A stretch of 64,000 nucleotides of DNA from an uncultured Bacteroidaceae bacterium (GTDB lineage Bacteria; Bacteroidota; Bacteroidia; Bacteroidales; SM23-62). Of this stretch, positions 37,667 through 47,894 are shown piece after piece. The position numbers were made by a program, and so were the translations under genes. How positions within the stretch are numbered: position 1 is the first letter of the stretch; the number at the start of each line of letters is the position of its first letter. The notes under the pieces were generated by a model. That model ran no database searches. It was not told where the DNA came from and was given only the letters and a program-made list of their open reading frames with translations. The stretch covers positions 105,194 through 169,193 of the forward strand of contig CAVVYS010000006.1 of the NCBI GenBank assembly GCA_963752525.1, given 5' to 3'.

Positions 37667-37916
37667 AACAAAACACTTTTAATGTTATTATAAAATTAAA
37701 GGTGACTCATCATCCACCAGGAGTGTATTAAAGCTGTTAGATTCGTCAAAAAAAATTGCTGTATCATTCCTCTCCCAAGCCCTTCTTCCCTTAGACATAC
37801 TATTCTTATCACTGGTTACAAAAATTCTCATCCTTCTTTTGAACCTCCCCCAAGAACCTGGATGATTGGTTAAGCTATAAAAAATGTAGTAATTTGCTGA
37901 CATTAAATAAAAAAAT

Positions 37917-39074
37917 ATGATAATCATAAAAATTATAAGCAGGAAAGGAATTAGTAATGCACTTTTTATATCATTCCTGATTTTCCAAACCATACCTTCT
38001 TTGAATGCCCAGGATGGCCAGAACAAAGTATCCGTAGCTGGAGGTGCTTCTTTCTGGCTGGAACCTTTATGGAGTACCCAGATAGATCCCCGTTGGAAAG
38101 CTGGTAAAATCAAAGGTGATGTAGAAGATGGGATTACTGCTGAGTTCGTAGAATTCTCTGCCGATGGCAAGCTACTTGTTAGCGGCAATGGTCAGGGAGA
38201 GGCATTTGTTCTCAATGCAACTGATGGCTCCATCAAGTACACGTTTACTTATATTACTGAAGAAGAGGTCAATCGTATTAACAGGGATAAGGTTTCCAGC
38301 ATCTCTGGCGGATTCACCAAATCCATGGAAGCCGAATGTGGTACTTTTACACCAGATGGCCGGTATGTGGTATTGGGGGGAAATCTCAATGGCATTAAAA
38401 TCTTTGACCTGGCTGACGGTTCCTTATTCAGGCATATTGAAGTCGAAGAAGAAGTCGATGGTCTCAGTATTTCACCCGATGGCCGTTTTTTCGCTCATGC
38501 ATCCTTTCGTTCTGCCAAGGTCTTAGGAACGAAAAACTGGGAGATGCTTCAAAGCCTTGAATATGGCAAAGATAGTAGGGGTAGTGTTGTCAATTCTATA
38601 GATTTTACTGCAGATGGAGAGTATGTGGTCATTGCCGGAAATGCAGGTAATGTGATGCTTTCCAAAACCAGTAATTGGAATATTGTTGGAAATGGCCTTA
38701 TCCCCGATGCAACTTCCATAAAGTCCGTTCGTTTCTCGCCGGATGAAGGGCTAATTGCTGCAGGGAATGGTGGCGGTGAGGTAATTGCATGGCGTACCTG
38801 GGATATGTCTCTGGTCTTTCAATTCTCAAGTCTGGTTTATATCGAAGCTGTCGCATGGAGTTCAGATGGTCGCTACCTTTTAACAGGAGGTCGTGATGAT
38901 GGGGAGGGGCGTATAATGGTTTTTCGGACCAGAGATTGGCAAATGGTTGGCAATCCATCGGTGCTGGCTGATGGTGCCAGCATCGAATACATTGATGTAC
39001 ATGATAATTTGGTAGCCATTGCCGGAGAGGACGCTCATGTACGCCTCTATCGTATCAAAACCTTGCACCAGTAA
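37917..39074 (+). CDS. Secreted WD40-repeat beta-propeller protein
   Basis: Signal peptide; repeated FSADGK, FTPDGR, ISPDGR, FSPDEG and WSSDGR blade motifs. Confidence 0.8.
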   Translation: MIIIKIISRKGISNALFISFLIFQTIPSLNAQDGQNKVSVAGGASFWLEPLWSTQIDPRWKAGKIKGDVEDGITAEFVEFSADGKLLVSGNGQGEAFVLNATDGSIKYTFTYITEEEVNRINRDKVSSISGGFTKSMEAECGTFTPDGRYVVLGGNLNGIKIFDLADGSLFRHIEVEEEVDGLSISPDGRFFAHASFRSAKVLGTKNWEMLQSLEYGKDSRGSVVNSIDFTADGEYVVIAGNAGNVMLSKTSNWNIVGNGLIPDATSIKSVRFSPDEGLIAAGNGGGEVIAWRTWDMSLVFQFSSLVYIEAVAWSSDGRYLLTGGRDDGEGRIMVFRTRDWQMVGNPSVLADGASIEYIDVHDNLVAIAGEDAHVRLYRIKTLHQ

Positions 39075-39147
39075 CCATGGGATATATACAACAGTACCCC
39101 GGTGTCACCATCTTTAAAGTATAATACGACAGATTGTATAACCCAAA

Positions 39148-40776
39148 ATGATAAAAAGACATTACACATTTACTTTTTGCTTTTTACTTTATGTAATTAC
39201 ATGCTCTGGGCAGTACAGGCATTCCTTATTCGATCCTTATGACTTCAATGCAAAAGGAGACGGAAAAACCCTGGACACAGAAGCCATACAGGCGGCCATT
39301 GATGGTTGCTACAGGTCCGGTGGCGGAAAAGTCTACCTGCAGGGTGGCCATTTCCGTTCTGGAACCATCTATTTAAAAGATAATGTGACTCTATTCATTG
39401 AAGCCGGAGCATCATTGCAGGCAAGCGATAACCTGGATGATTTCCCGAGCAAGGTTTCCAATTATCCATCCTATTCAAAAGAACCGGTAACCCTAAAATC
39501 TTTCATCTATGCTGAAGATGCCAGCAACATTACCATTGCCGGGAAAGGTAACATCAATGGCAATGGTGATCACTGGGTTGATGGACCCTATGGTTCACCC
39601 TCTTTCAGCAAGCGACCTCGTATCCTGCATTTGCGCGGTTGCCATAATATATCCGTCAGAGATGTTACCTTGGTCAACGCTGCTTCCTGGGTTCAGTCTT
39701 ATCAGTCATGTTTCAACCTGGTGATAGATGGAATAACCGTTGACAGTCGCGAAAACAAGGATATTGAAAAAGACCGCTATGCAGAGGTGCCTGGAAGAAA
39801 TACAGACGGACTCGACCTGGTCGATTGTGAGAAAGTCAGAATATCCAATTGCTATATTAACAGCGGAGATGATGCCATTTGCCTGAAAAGCTTTTCACAT
39901 GAAAAGGCTTGCCGTGACATCACCATTAGCAATTGTGTGGTATCCTCCAATGCATCCGGAATTAAAATTGGTACGGAAACCAGTGGCAGGATAGAAGATG
40001 TATGCATACAGAATTGCGTGGTTTACGATACACGCGTTGATGCCCTCAGCATTATGACCGTTGACGGAGCCCGGATAGAAAGAATCATGATCTCTAACCT
40101 GACTTGCAGGAACATAAAGGGATCAGCCATTTTTATCAGATTGGGTAACAGGAATCGAACCTATCGTAAGGATGCTTTTGTAAATATTCCTCATTTAAAA
40201 GATATTACTTTCGAAAACATCCAGGGCACAGGGATTTCATCAGATTTTGGTTGCATAATTGCAGGATTGAAAGACATTCCGGTAGAAAACATCATTATCA
40301 GCAATGTTAACCTTGTATTCGATGGAGGAGGAAAAGCCAAAGATTCGTTCAGAGAAATACCCGAACAAGAACAAAGCTATCCCAACGGAAAAATATTTGG
40401 AGTCCTCCCGGCATACGGGTTTTATATTCGTCATGCCAATAATATAACCCTGAGAGACATACAATTGAGATTCACCAGCGAAGATGAGCGTCCGGCTGTA
40501 TTTTGTGAAGATACCAGAATGTTAAACATAACCGGATTGCTTGCCGGGGCTTCCCTGAATTCACCCCAGCACATTCAATTAATGAATACTCAAGATGCAA
40601 TTATTTCTCAATGCTTTCCCAGAGATCCTGTACACGTATTTCTATCCGTTAAGGGAGAGAATTCCAGGGGAATTGTACTGCTGAATAACCGTTTGAAGAA
40701 CGCACAGACTAAACTGGTTTTGGAAGAGGGGCTAGCAACTACTACTGTGACCGAAATTGGTACCATAAAAGATTGA
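39148..40776 (+). CDS. Glycoside hydrolase family 28 (polygalacturonase-like)
   Basis: AKGDGKTLDTEAIQAAID, NTDGLD, GDDAICLK, GIKIGTE and LPAYGFYIRH motifs. Confidence 0.9.
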   Translation: MIKRHYTFTFCFLLYVITCSGQYRHSLFDPYDFNAKGDGKTLDTEAIQAAIDGCYRSGGGKVYLQGGHFRSGTIYLKDNVTLFIEAGASLQASDNLDDFPSKVSNYPSYSKEPVTLKSFIYAEDASNITIAGKGNINGNGDHWVDGPYGSPSFSKRPRILHLRGCHNISVRDVTLVNAASWVQSYQSCFNLVIDGITVDSRENKDIEKDRYAEVPGRNTDGLDLVDCEKVRISNCYINSGDDAICLKSFSHEKACRDITISNCVVSSNASGIKIGTETSGRIEDVCIQNCVVYDTRVDALSIMTVDGARIERIMISNLTCRNIKGSAIFIRLGNRNRTYRKDAFVNIPHLKDITFENIQGTGISSDFGCIIAGLKDIPVENIIISNVNLVFDGGGKAKDSFREIPEQEQSYPNGKIFGVLPAYGFYIRHANNITLRDIQLRFTSEDERPAVFCEDTRMLNITGLLAGASLNSPQHIQLMNTQDAIISQCFPRDPVHVFLSVKGENSRGIVLLNNRLKNAQTKLVLEEGLATTTVTEIGTIKD

Positions 40777-40948
40777 ATGAATTGGCAGACAGATTGAGCC
40801 GTAGGGGAGCATTCACGATACCTAATAAAACTTATCATTGAAAGAAACTGCCTTTCGGTAGATAAATTCCTTCAATCAATTGATCCCTTTTTTCTAGCAG
40901 TGCCGGATGGGGTAGGTTTGTTTCATAATCCAATAAAAAAATATTGAT

Positions 40949-42298
40949 ATGAAACCTAAAACTACCTTAAGAATAAATACGGTTATCATGGGTCTGCTTA
41001 CAACGATCCTACTTATATATACTAGTTGTGAGGAGATTGGAAGTACTGATATCGATACGATTGAGAACCTTCCGGATATCACCGGATTTCCTGTTGTGGG
41101 GACAAATCAAACCACTTACTTTAACAATTTTACCTCCATTTCGGCTCCTTCAGAAGGAGAATATTTTTATGGCCAGAATGCCACCTACCCGGGAAATACT
41201 CCCAACTATGTGAACAACGGTGATGGCACTGTGACTGATATGGTAAGTGGACTGATGTGGCAGAACTCTTTTGACCACAATGGGGATGGCTCCATTGACT
41301 ATGACGACAAACTCAGCTATGACGAGATCCTGGCCATAGCGGATACAGTGTCAACGGCGGGATATGACGACTGGCGTGTGCCAACAATCAAAGAGCAGTA
41401 TTCGCTGATCATGTTCAGTGGACGCGATATCAGTGGTTATGAAGGCAGCTCCACCGATGACCTGGTCCCTTTTATAAATACAGAATTTTTTGAATACGCG
41501 TATGGTGATACCGATGCCGGCGAACGGCTGATCGATGTGCAGTGTGCCTCCACTAATGTGTATGGTAGCCAGGAGGTTGAAAAGTTGGTCTTCGGCGTCA
41601 ACTTTGCAGATGGCCGCATCAAGGGTTATGGCATGCAGATGATGGGACAGGAGAAGGCCTTCAATTACCTGATGGTTCGTGGCAACCCCTCCTATGGAAT
41701 CAATGAATTTACTGACAATGGTGACGGCACTATCACCGATTACGCCACCGAACTAATGTGGATGCAGGAGGATAACGCCGAAGGTATGCTCTGGAATGAC
41801 GCACTGAACTACGCCGAAAACATGGAATATGCAGGTTATTCTGACTGGCGCCTGCCCGATGCAAAAGAGCTGCAGAGCATTTTAGATTATACACGTTCGC
41901 CGGCCACAAGCAGTTCGGCTGCTATCGACCCGCTCTTTCATTGTACCAAAATTATCAATGAAGCAGGGGAAGATGATTATCCATGCTACTGGAGCAGCAC
42001 CACACATGGGAACTGGACCGAAGGACACGAGGGTGCATGGGGAGCCTATGTCGCATTCGGACGTGCCATGGGAAATATGACTGAGATGCCCGGTGGTCCC
42101 AGCGAAATTCCACCCATGGCTTCAGCCGGCATAAACAGCATCAGTGCCGAAACCAACTGGATCGATGTTCATGGTGCCGGTGCCCAGCGCAGTGATCCAA
42201 AAGCCGGTGATCCGGAAGAATTCTCCAATGGCCATGGTCCTCAGGGTGACGCGGTCCGCATCTACAACTATGTACGCCTTGTGCGGGATGCAAACTAA
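40949..42298 (+). CDS. DUF1566 (Lcl C-terminal, C-type-lectin-like) double-domain lipoprotein
   Basis: Lipobox YTSC; two NGDGT(V/I)TD..LMW(Q/M) ... DWR(V/L)P..KE units; C-terminal YVRLVR; EF-hand-like DHNGDGSIDYDD. Confidence 0.85.
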   Translation: MKPKTTLRINTVIMGLLTTILLIYTSCEEIGSTDIDTIENLPDITGFPVVGTNQTTYFNNFTSISAPSEGEYFYGQNATYPGNTPNYVNNGDGTVTDMVSGLMWQNSFDHNGDGSIDYDDKLSYDEILAIADTVSTAGYDDWRVPTIKEQYSLIMFSGRDISGYEGSSTDDLVPFINTEFFEYAYGDTDAGERLIDVQCASTNVYGSQEVEKLVFGVNFADGRIKGYGMQMMGQEKAFNYLMVRGNPSYGINEFTDNGDGTITDYATELMWMQEDNAEGMLWNDALNYAENMEYAGYSDWRLPDAKELQSILDYTRSPATSSSAAIDPLFHCTKIINEAGEDDYPCYWSSTTHGNWTEGHEGAWGAYVAFGRAMGNMTEMPGGPSEIPPMASAGINSISAETNWIDVHGAGAQRSDPKAGDPEEFSNGHGPQGDAVRIYNYVRLVRDAN

Positions 42299-43049
42299 TT
42301 CTTTTCAATCCATTCAATTGGAGCAGATGAACCAGGTGAAACTGATGAACAGGATCGACAAGAAGTATTGGTTTCACAACGAAAATCTTCAGGGCATACT
42401 TCAATCAGTCAATCAGCACTATTATATTCTGGATATTGAAGGCCAGAATGAGTTTCTCTATACATCTACTTATTACGATACTATGAATAACAGGATGTAC
42501 ATGAAACATCACAATGGTAATTTAAACCGATATAAAATCCGTCGCAGAAATTATATCTCCTCAGAATTAAGCTTTTTGGAGATAAAATTCAAAAACAATA
42601 AGGGGCGAACCATTAAGAAACGCATCCCTGCTGATTATAGGGATTCCTCATTTACCATAGAGGAAAGAGAATTTATTAGAACCCACACACCCTACTCCTG
42701 CAATGACCTGAAACCATCTCTCATTAATGAATTTTCCCGCCGAACCTTGGTAAATAAGAATTTCAAGGAACGATGTACCATCGACCAGAACCTTCAATAT
42801 ACAGTAGGTGGTAAAGGGGTTACCCTGGAAAATCTGATCATTATAGAAATCAAATCTGAAGGAAATTCGTCGATTTCACCGCTAACACTCGCTTTAAGAG
42901 AGGAGCATATCAGGGTATCCGGATTCAGCAAATATTGTGTGGGGCGAGCCATCACAGCGCAGAATTTAAAAAAAAACGCCTTCAAAGGAAAAATAAGAAG
43001 GATAGAAAAAATCATTCATACAAACATCGATTTATATAACAAAAGCTGA
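42288..43049 (+). CDS. VTC domain (polyphosphate polymerase-like, CYTH/TTM fold) protein
   Basis: KLMNRIDKKY, YTSTYYDT, RYKIRRRNY, FLEIKFK..GRTIKKR, ERCTID, IIEIK and FSKYC motifs. The ATG at 42288 overlaps the upstream stop codon. Confidence 0.9.
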   Translation: MQTNSFQSIQLEQMNQVKLMNRIDKKYWFHNENLQGILQSVNQHYYILDIEGQNEFLYTSTYYDTMNNRMYMKHHNGNLNRYKIRRRNYISSELSFLEIKFKNNKGRTIKKRIPADYRDSSFTIEEREFIRTHTPYSCNDLKPSLINEFSRRTLVNKNFKERCTIDQNLQYTVGGKGVTLENLIIIEIKSEGNSSISPLTLALREEHIRVSGFSKYCVGRAITAQNLKKNAFKGKIRRIEKIIHTNIDLYNKS

Positions 43050-43054
43050 AAATC

Positions 43055-43750
43055 ATGATTGCACAAGTCACAGCATTAATTGATACTGTGAGTACCAATA
43101 TCCCTGCTGCAACCGAAGTAGTGAGTTGGGAAGAACAATTCCGGTTACTTGGTATCAAAATAATCAACGTATCCGATTTTATGGAACTCATGCTAAGGTT
43201 TTCCTTTAATACACTCCTGGTGTTTATAGTGGTGCATTTTATGTATGCCAAAAACAGTAAACGCAAAGACTTCTATTTTAGCTACCTGGCAATTGGCGTG
43301 ATCATATTCTTATTGTGCTTCCTGCTTAACAACGTAAAGCTTGAACTGGGATTCGCGTTGGGACTCTTTGCCATTTTCGGCATAATCAGATACAGAACCA
43401 ATACGATTCCAATCAAAGAGATGACTTACCTATTTATTGTCATTGGCATCTCAGTGATGAACGCACTATCCAACAAAAAAGTGAGTTATGTCGAACTAAT
43501 GTTTACCAACACAGCTATTATCTTCGGTCTATGGATTCTGGAAAAAAGGCTGATGCTGAAACAGGAAGGATCGGTCAAATTGATTTATGAGCGGATTGAA
43601 AACATTCATACTGACAGTGAGGAGACCTTAATGGAAGATCTTAGAAACCGCACCGGAATCAACATTAAACGTTATGAAATTGGAAAGATCGACTTCCTTC
43701 GAGACATAGCAGAGATCACGCTCTTTTTCAACATTAACGGACAAGATTAA
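43055..43750 (+). CDS. DUF4956 membrane protein
   Basis: LGFALGLFAIFGIIRYRT..IPIKEMTYLF signature; several TM helices. Confidence 0.9.
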   Translation: MIAQVTALIDTVSTNIPAATEVVSWEEQFRLLGIKIINVSDFMELMLRFSFNTLLVFIVVHFMYAKNSKRKDFYFSYLAIGVIIFLLCFLLNNVKLELGFALGLFAIFGIIRYRTNTIPIKEMTYLFIVIGISVMNALSNKKVSYVELMFTNTAIIFGLWILEKRLMLKQEGSVKLIYERIENIHTDSEETLMEDLRNRTGINIKRYEIGKIDFLRDIAEITLFFNINGQD

Positions 43751-43754
43751 CGAA

Positions 43755-44441
43755 ATGAAGTCAATGAAAAACATACACATAATAGCTATTCGTAAACTAT
43801 TGCTCCTTTTGGGAGTTCTATTTGCAGGTCAAGTGTATTCCCAGACTGAAGAAAATGAATCTCAAGCTGTCGAGAATGATTTTCAGACACGTACAGAATT
43901 GCAATTAAGCTTTAGTCCGGTTAAAAAGCTTCGAATAACTTTTATACCTGAGTTGAGACTGGACGAATCATTTAATGTTGATAAATATCTCCTGGAAACC
44001 GAACTTTCCTACAAGCCTATCAAGGACTTGTCGCTCAGCGGTAGCTATCGGTTTATCTTAAATCCCAGAGACAATAAATCCACTGAGTACCTGCATCGTT
44101 TTGCATTCGCAGCAGACTATTCAAAAAGCATCAAGAGATGGGAGCCATCATTCAGAATTAAATATACCAATTACACCGAAGATATCTCCAATGGAGAATT
44201 TCTCAGGTACAGGGCCAAACTGGAGTATGATATAAAAAATTTCAAGTTAACTCCCTTTATAAGAGCCGAGGGGTTTCATGATCTCGCGGAAAATGAAATG
44301 TACAAAATGCGATATGCCCTGGGGGGGAGATATAAATTAAACAAAAACAACTCAGTCAAAATCGGGTATATGCTTGATTATTACCTGCAGGAATACCGGA
44401 ATAAACATATATTATCTATTGGTTACAGCATAAAATTCTAG
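43755..44441 (+). CDS. DUF2490-like outer-membrane beta-barrel protein
   Basis: Signal peptide, alternating amphipathic strands, LRYRAKLEY and C-terminal IGYSIKF. Confidence 0.75.
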   Translation: MKSMKNIHIIAIRKLLLLLGVLFAGQVYSQTEENESQAVENDFQTRTELQLSFSPVKKLRITFIPELRLDESFNVDKYLLETELSYKPIKDLSLSGSYRFILNPRDNKSTEYLHRFAFAADYSKSIKRWEPSFRIKYTNYTEDISNGEFLRYRAKLEYDIKNFKLTPFIRAEGFHDLAENEMYKMRYALGGRYKLNKNNSVKIGYMLDYYLQEYRNKHILSIGYSIKF

Positions 44442-44445
44442 TCAT

Positions 44446-45837
44446 ATGAACAAAGAACAGCATAACAAAATGAGTCTATTCATTGGTTCTCTATTAATTG
44501 CATTGGCTATGCTTGGTGCATGCCGTAAAGATGACTCAAACATCATCCTGACAAACCTGGACGATTGGACTGAAGAGACCCACAGCAATACTGCAGACCC
44601 CAATTACGAGCTTGTATTTGATCATGGTGAAGTGGTCCGATTCGATATTGTAATAGATCCCGATGACTGGTCCGACATGCAAGCCGATCTTGACGCCAAC
44701 CTGGGCTCAACGGGAGGAAGACCCGGGGGCGGCATGCCAGGTCCTGGTGCAACCTCGGATTACACTCCCATCTGGGTCCCCTGTTCCTTCTTTTTTAATG
44801 ACACTGAGTGGTACCATGTAGGCATCCGCTATAAGGGCAATTCCAGTTTAAGATCATCCTACCAGATGGGCATAGAGAAACTTTCATTGAAACTTGACTT
44901 TGATGAATATGAAGATGACTATCCTGAAATTACAAACCAGCGCTTCTACGGATTCAGACAGTTGAACCTGAAAAATAACTATGATGATGCCTCCCTGGTG
45001 CGAGAGAAGGTGGGTGCGGACCTGTTCAGGGAATTTGGCCTTGCTTCATCCAAAACAGCCTTCTGTGTGGTCTATGTGGACCACGGATCCGGACCAATAT
45101 ATTATGGGGTTTATACCCTGGTGGAGGAAGTGGATGATACCGTACTGGATGGTCAGTTCGAAAGGGGTGGGGGGAACCTCTACAAGCCGGACGGCTTAGC
45201 AGCCAGTTTTGCAGCCGGCAGCTATAACGAATCCCAGATAGAGAAAAAAAATAATGAAGAGCTTGGCAATTATTCAGATGTGTACGCTCTTTATACTGCT
45301 ATCAACAGTGCGGACAGGACCTCTGACAGTGAATCATGGAAGGCTGAACTCAACGTTTGCTTTGATGTGGAAACATTTCTCCGCTGGCTGGCTTCAAATA
45401 CAGCCATGCAGAACTGGGATACATATGGAATAATGACCCACAATTACTACCTCTATAATAATCCGGTCAATGGATTGCTCACCTGGATCCCCTGGGACAA
45501 TAATGAAGCCCTCCAGGAAGGAAAACAGGGAGGTGCCCTTAGCCTCTCACTTGGAGAGGTGGGTAGCAACTGGCCCTTGATTCGCTACCTGGTGGATGTG
45601 GACGAATACATACCTATCTATAAAAATTATCTGCTTGAATTTAAAGAAGGCGTTTTTGCCCCGGAAAGAATGACTACCCTCTACAGTAATTACCAGACCC
45701 TTTTACAGGAGTATGCCTATGCTGAAAACTCCCCTTATACATTCATTCGGTCCGATGCTGCATTTGATGCAGCCATTGAGGAGTTGAAGCAACATGTGCA
45801 GGCAAGGGCCAGTGCCGTTCAAAGCTATTTGGAATAA
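44446..45837 (+). CDS. CotH kinase family lipoprotein
   Basis: Lipobox LGAC; VGIRYKGNSS, SLKLDFD, YGVYTLVEEVD, NWDTY..THNYYLY and IPWDNNEAL motifs. Confidence 0.92.
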   Translation: MNKEQHNKMSLFIGSLLIALAMLGACRKDDSNIILTNLDDWTEETHSNTADPNYELVFDHGEVVRFDIVIDPDDWSDMQADLDANLGSTGGRPGGGMPGPGATSDYTPIWVPCSFFFNDTEWYHVGIRYKGNSSLRSSYQMGIEKLSLKLDFDEYEDDYPEITNQRFYGFRQLNLKNNYDDASLVREKVGADLFREFGLASSKTAFCVVYVDHGSGPIYYGVYTLVEEVDDTVLDGQFERGGGNLYKPDGLAASFAAGSYNESQIEKKNNEELGNYSDVYALYTAINSADRTSDSESWKAELNVCFDVETFLRWLASNTAMQNWDTYGIMTHNYYLYNNPVNGLLTWIPWDNNEALQEGKQGGALSLSLGEVGSNWPLIRYLVDVDEYIPIYKNYLLEFKEGVFAPERMTTLYSNYQTLLQEYAYAENSPYTFIRSDAAFDAAIEELKQHVQARASAVQSYLE

Positions 45838-45856
45838 GCAATATATTCACCAACTT

Positions 45857-45864
45857 TACCTTTG
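45857..45864 (+). promoter_or_regulatory. Bacteroidota primary-sigma -7 promoter element
   Basis: TACCTTTG matches TAnnTTTG and lies just upstream of the ATG at 45871. Confidence 0.5.
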
Positions 45865-45870
45865 CCTTCT

Positions 45871-47043
45871 ATGCGCAGGAATCTGAAAAAAAATAAGCTC
45901 AATCACCTTAAGTACCTGGGGCCCTCAATCTCCATCGTATTCTGGCTCCTTTTGTTTGCTTCCCCATTGATCTTTGGAAATTTTGAAGAGGGAATAGACT
46001 GGGAACATATTCTCAAAGTTTGGAGGTCCTTCATCCCCTACCTGGCCCTTTTCCTGTTAAACAGGTTTGTGTTCCTGCCCTTTTTCTTCTTTCGCGGAAA
46101 ACGCTGGGTCTATTTCATAAGCAATGTGGTTTTGATCCTGGGGGTGGCCATAGGGGTGCATTTCTACCGTACCAATGTAATCCAGCCTCAGCCTCCGGAA
46201 AACCGGAAAGAGGCCTTAGCCCCCCGACGAGAAGCTCCTCCGGGAGAGAGACCGCCTGTTCCGGGAGAAAGGCCCCCAAGGTTACGGGAAAATCCACCAC
46301 CACCCAGAGGAAGGGATGGTTTACCCCCGATCCAGGAAGCTCCCAAACAACTTCCACCTTTTCTCAGCTTTATCGTAGTCTCTGTTTTAATAGTTGGATT
46401 TGATACGGGTTTGATGATCTCAGTAAAATGGACTCAATCGGAGCAAAAACGGTTCCGTGCTGAAAAAGAGAATACAGAGTCGCAGCTCGCATTTCTGCGC
46501 AACCAGGTGAGTCCCCACTTCTTTATGAATACCCTCAACAATATCCATTCACTTATTGATATCAATCCTACCGAGGCCAAAGAGGCCATCATCAAGCTCT
46601 CAAAGCTTATGCGTCACCTGCTTTATGATTCAGAGGTGAATCAGATCCCATTGAAAAAAGAGATTGAATTTATCGGTAACTATGTGGAACTGATGAGATT
46701 GAGATACTCAGAGAAAGTGAAGGTAGAATTTCATATTCCTGGTCAGATCCCTGAGAAAAAAATACCTCCCCTGCTATTTACCTCTTTTGTGGAGAACGCT
46801 TTTAAGCATGGTATCAGCTATCAGGAATCATCATATATTGAAATTACCTTCTTATATGAATCCGGTCAGCTCTTTTTTATTATTAAAAACAGCAATCCGG
46901 GAATTAAAAAAGAACAGGGGCCCTCTGGTATCGGAATTGAGAACTCCCGAAAAAGGCTGGATCTCATCTACGGTGACAGATATGCACTGAACATTGTGGA
47001 CGGGAAGAAGGAATTTACAGTAACGTTAAAAATACCGGTATGA
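45871..47043 (+). CDS. LytS/YehU-type sensor histidine kinase
   Basis: TM helices; LRNQVSPHFFMNTLNNI, PPLLFTSFVENAFKHG and GIGIENSRKRL motifs. Confidence 0.93.
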   Translation: MRRNLKKNKLNHLKYLGPSISIVFWLLLFASPLIFGNFEEGIDWEHILKVWRSFIPYLALFLLNRFVFLPFFFFRGKRWVYFISNVVLILGVAIGVHFYRTNVIQPQPPENRKEALAPRREAPPGERPPVPGERPPRLRENPPPPRGRDGLPPIQEAPKQLPPFLSFIVVSVLIVGFDTGLMISVKWTQSEQKRFRAEKENTESQLAFLRNQVSPHFFMNTLNNIHSLIDINPTEAKEAIIKLSKLMRHLLYDSEVNQIPLKKEIEFIGNYVELMRLRYSEKVKVEFHIPGQIPEKKIPPLLFTSFVENAFKHGISYQESSYIEITFLYESGQLFFIIKNSNPGIKKEQGPSGIGIENSRKRLDLIYGDRYALNIVDGKKEFTVTLKIPV

Positions 47044-47756
47044 TACGCTGCATCGCCATCGACGATGAACCCCTTGCCCTGAAACAGATGGCCGGATACA
47101 TTCAAAAGACACCTTTCCTTGAATTGGAAGGGCAGTTTGATAGTGCCCTTCAGGCCATCTCATGGCTACAGGAGAACCAGGCGGACCTGATGTTCGTTGA
47201 CATCAACATGCCCGATCTGAGCGGGATGGATTTTGTGAAATCCATGAAAAGCCCTCCCGGGGTTATCTTCACGACAGCATACAGCGAGTATGCCCTGGAG
47301 GGATTCCGGGTGGATGCCATCGATTACCTGCTCAAACCCATAGGCTATGGGGACTTCTTAAAGGCGGCCGAAAAAGCCCTGGTAAGAATCAGCGCAAAAC
47401 AGAAAGAGACACTCCGGATTGAAAGCGATGAGAATTTCCTTTTTATTAAGTCGGAGTACAAGATCCTGCGGATCAATCTGTCCGATATCAAGTATATTGA
47501 AGGAATGCGTGAGTATGTACGAATCCACATGGAAAATCAACGTCCGGTGATGACCCTGATGAGTATGAAAAAAATAGAAGCATTTCTTCCTCAGCAAAGT
47601 TTTATGAGAGTGCATCGCTCCTACATAGTGAACCTGAAGAAGGTCAACACTATAGAACGCAACCGGATCATCTTTGACGGTAAAGTTTATATCCCCGTCA
47701 GTGAACAGTATAAAAATGCTTTTCAGGAATTCCTGGACAAGAACTTCCTGACCTGA
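47040..47756 (+). CDS. LytTR-family response regulator
   Basis: AIDDEPLAL, FVDINMP, IFTTAY, DYLLKP and FMRVHRSYIVN motifs; ATGA overlap with the kinase. Confidence 0.95.
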   Translation: MIRCIAIDDEPLALKQMAGYIQKTPFLELEGQFDSALQAISWLQENQADLMFVDINMPDLSGMDFVKSMKSPPGVIFTTAYSEYALEGFRVDAIDYLLKPIGYGDFLKAAEKALVRISAKQKETLRIESDENFLFIKSEYKILRINLSDIKYIEGMREYVRIHMENQRPVMTLMSMKKIEAFLPQQSFMRVHRSYIVNLKKVNTIERNRIIFDGKVYIPVSEQYKNAFQEFLDKNFLT

Positions 47757-47894
47757 ATCCCAATGCCTAATCTATTAATCCAGCTTTAATCAATTTGTTA
47801 GAAACCTGAAAAGTTTTTTTTAATCAACAAAATTCCAAGCCTTTTGTTTAGATAGTTAGATCTTTGTATATTTCATTTTTGAATTAACACATAA

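Noticed and set aside
40810-40885. Possible LytTR boxes upstream of the VTC operon
   Set aside because: Only TC-anchored degenerate words at 20-22-bp spacing; too weak to support by eye.
42144-42287. Extended VTC N-terminus overlapping DUF1566 by 155 bp
   Set aside because: The family-like sequence begins at the ATG at 42288; the extension is an incidental open frame.
40949-42298. DUF1566 protein as a diversity-generating retroelement target
   Set aside because: The fold is a common DGR target, but I found no reverse transcriptase and no adenine-variant template repeat in the window.
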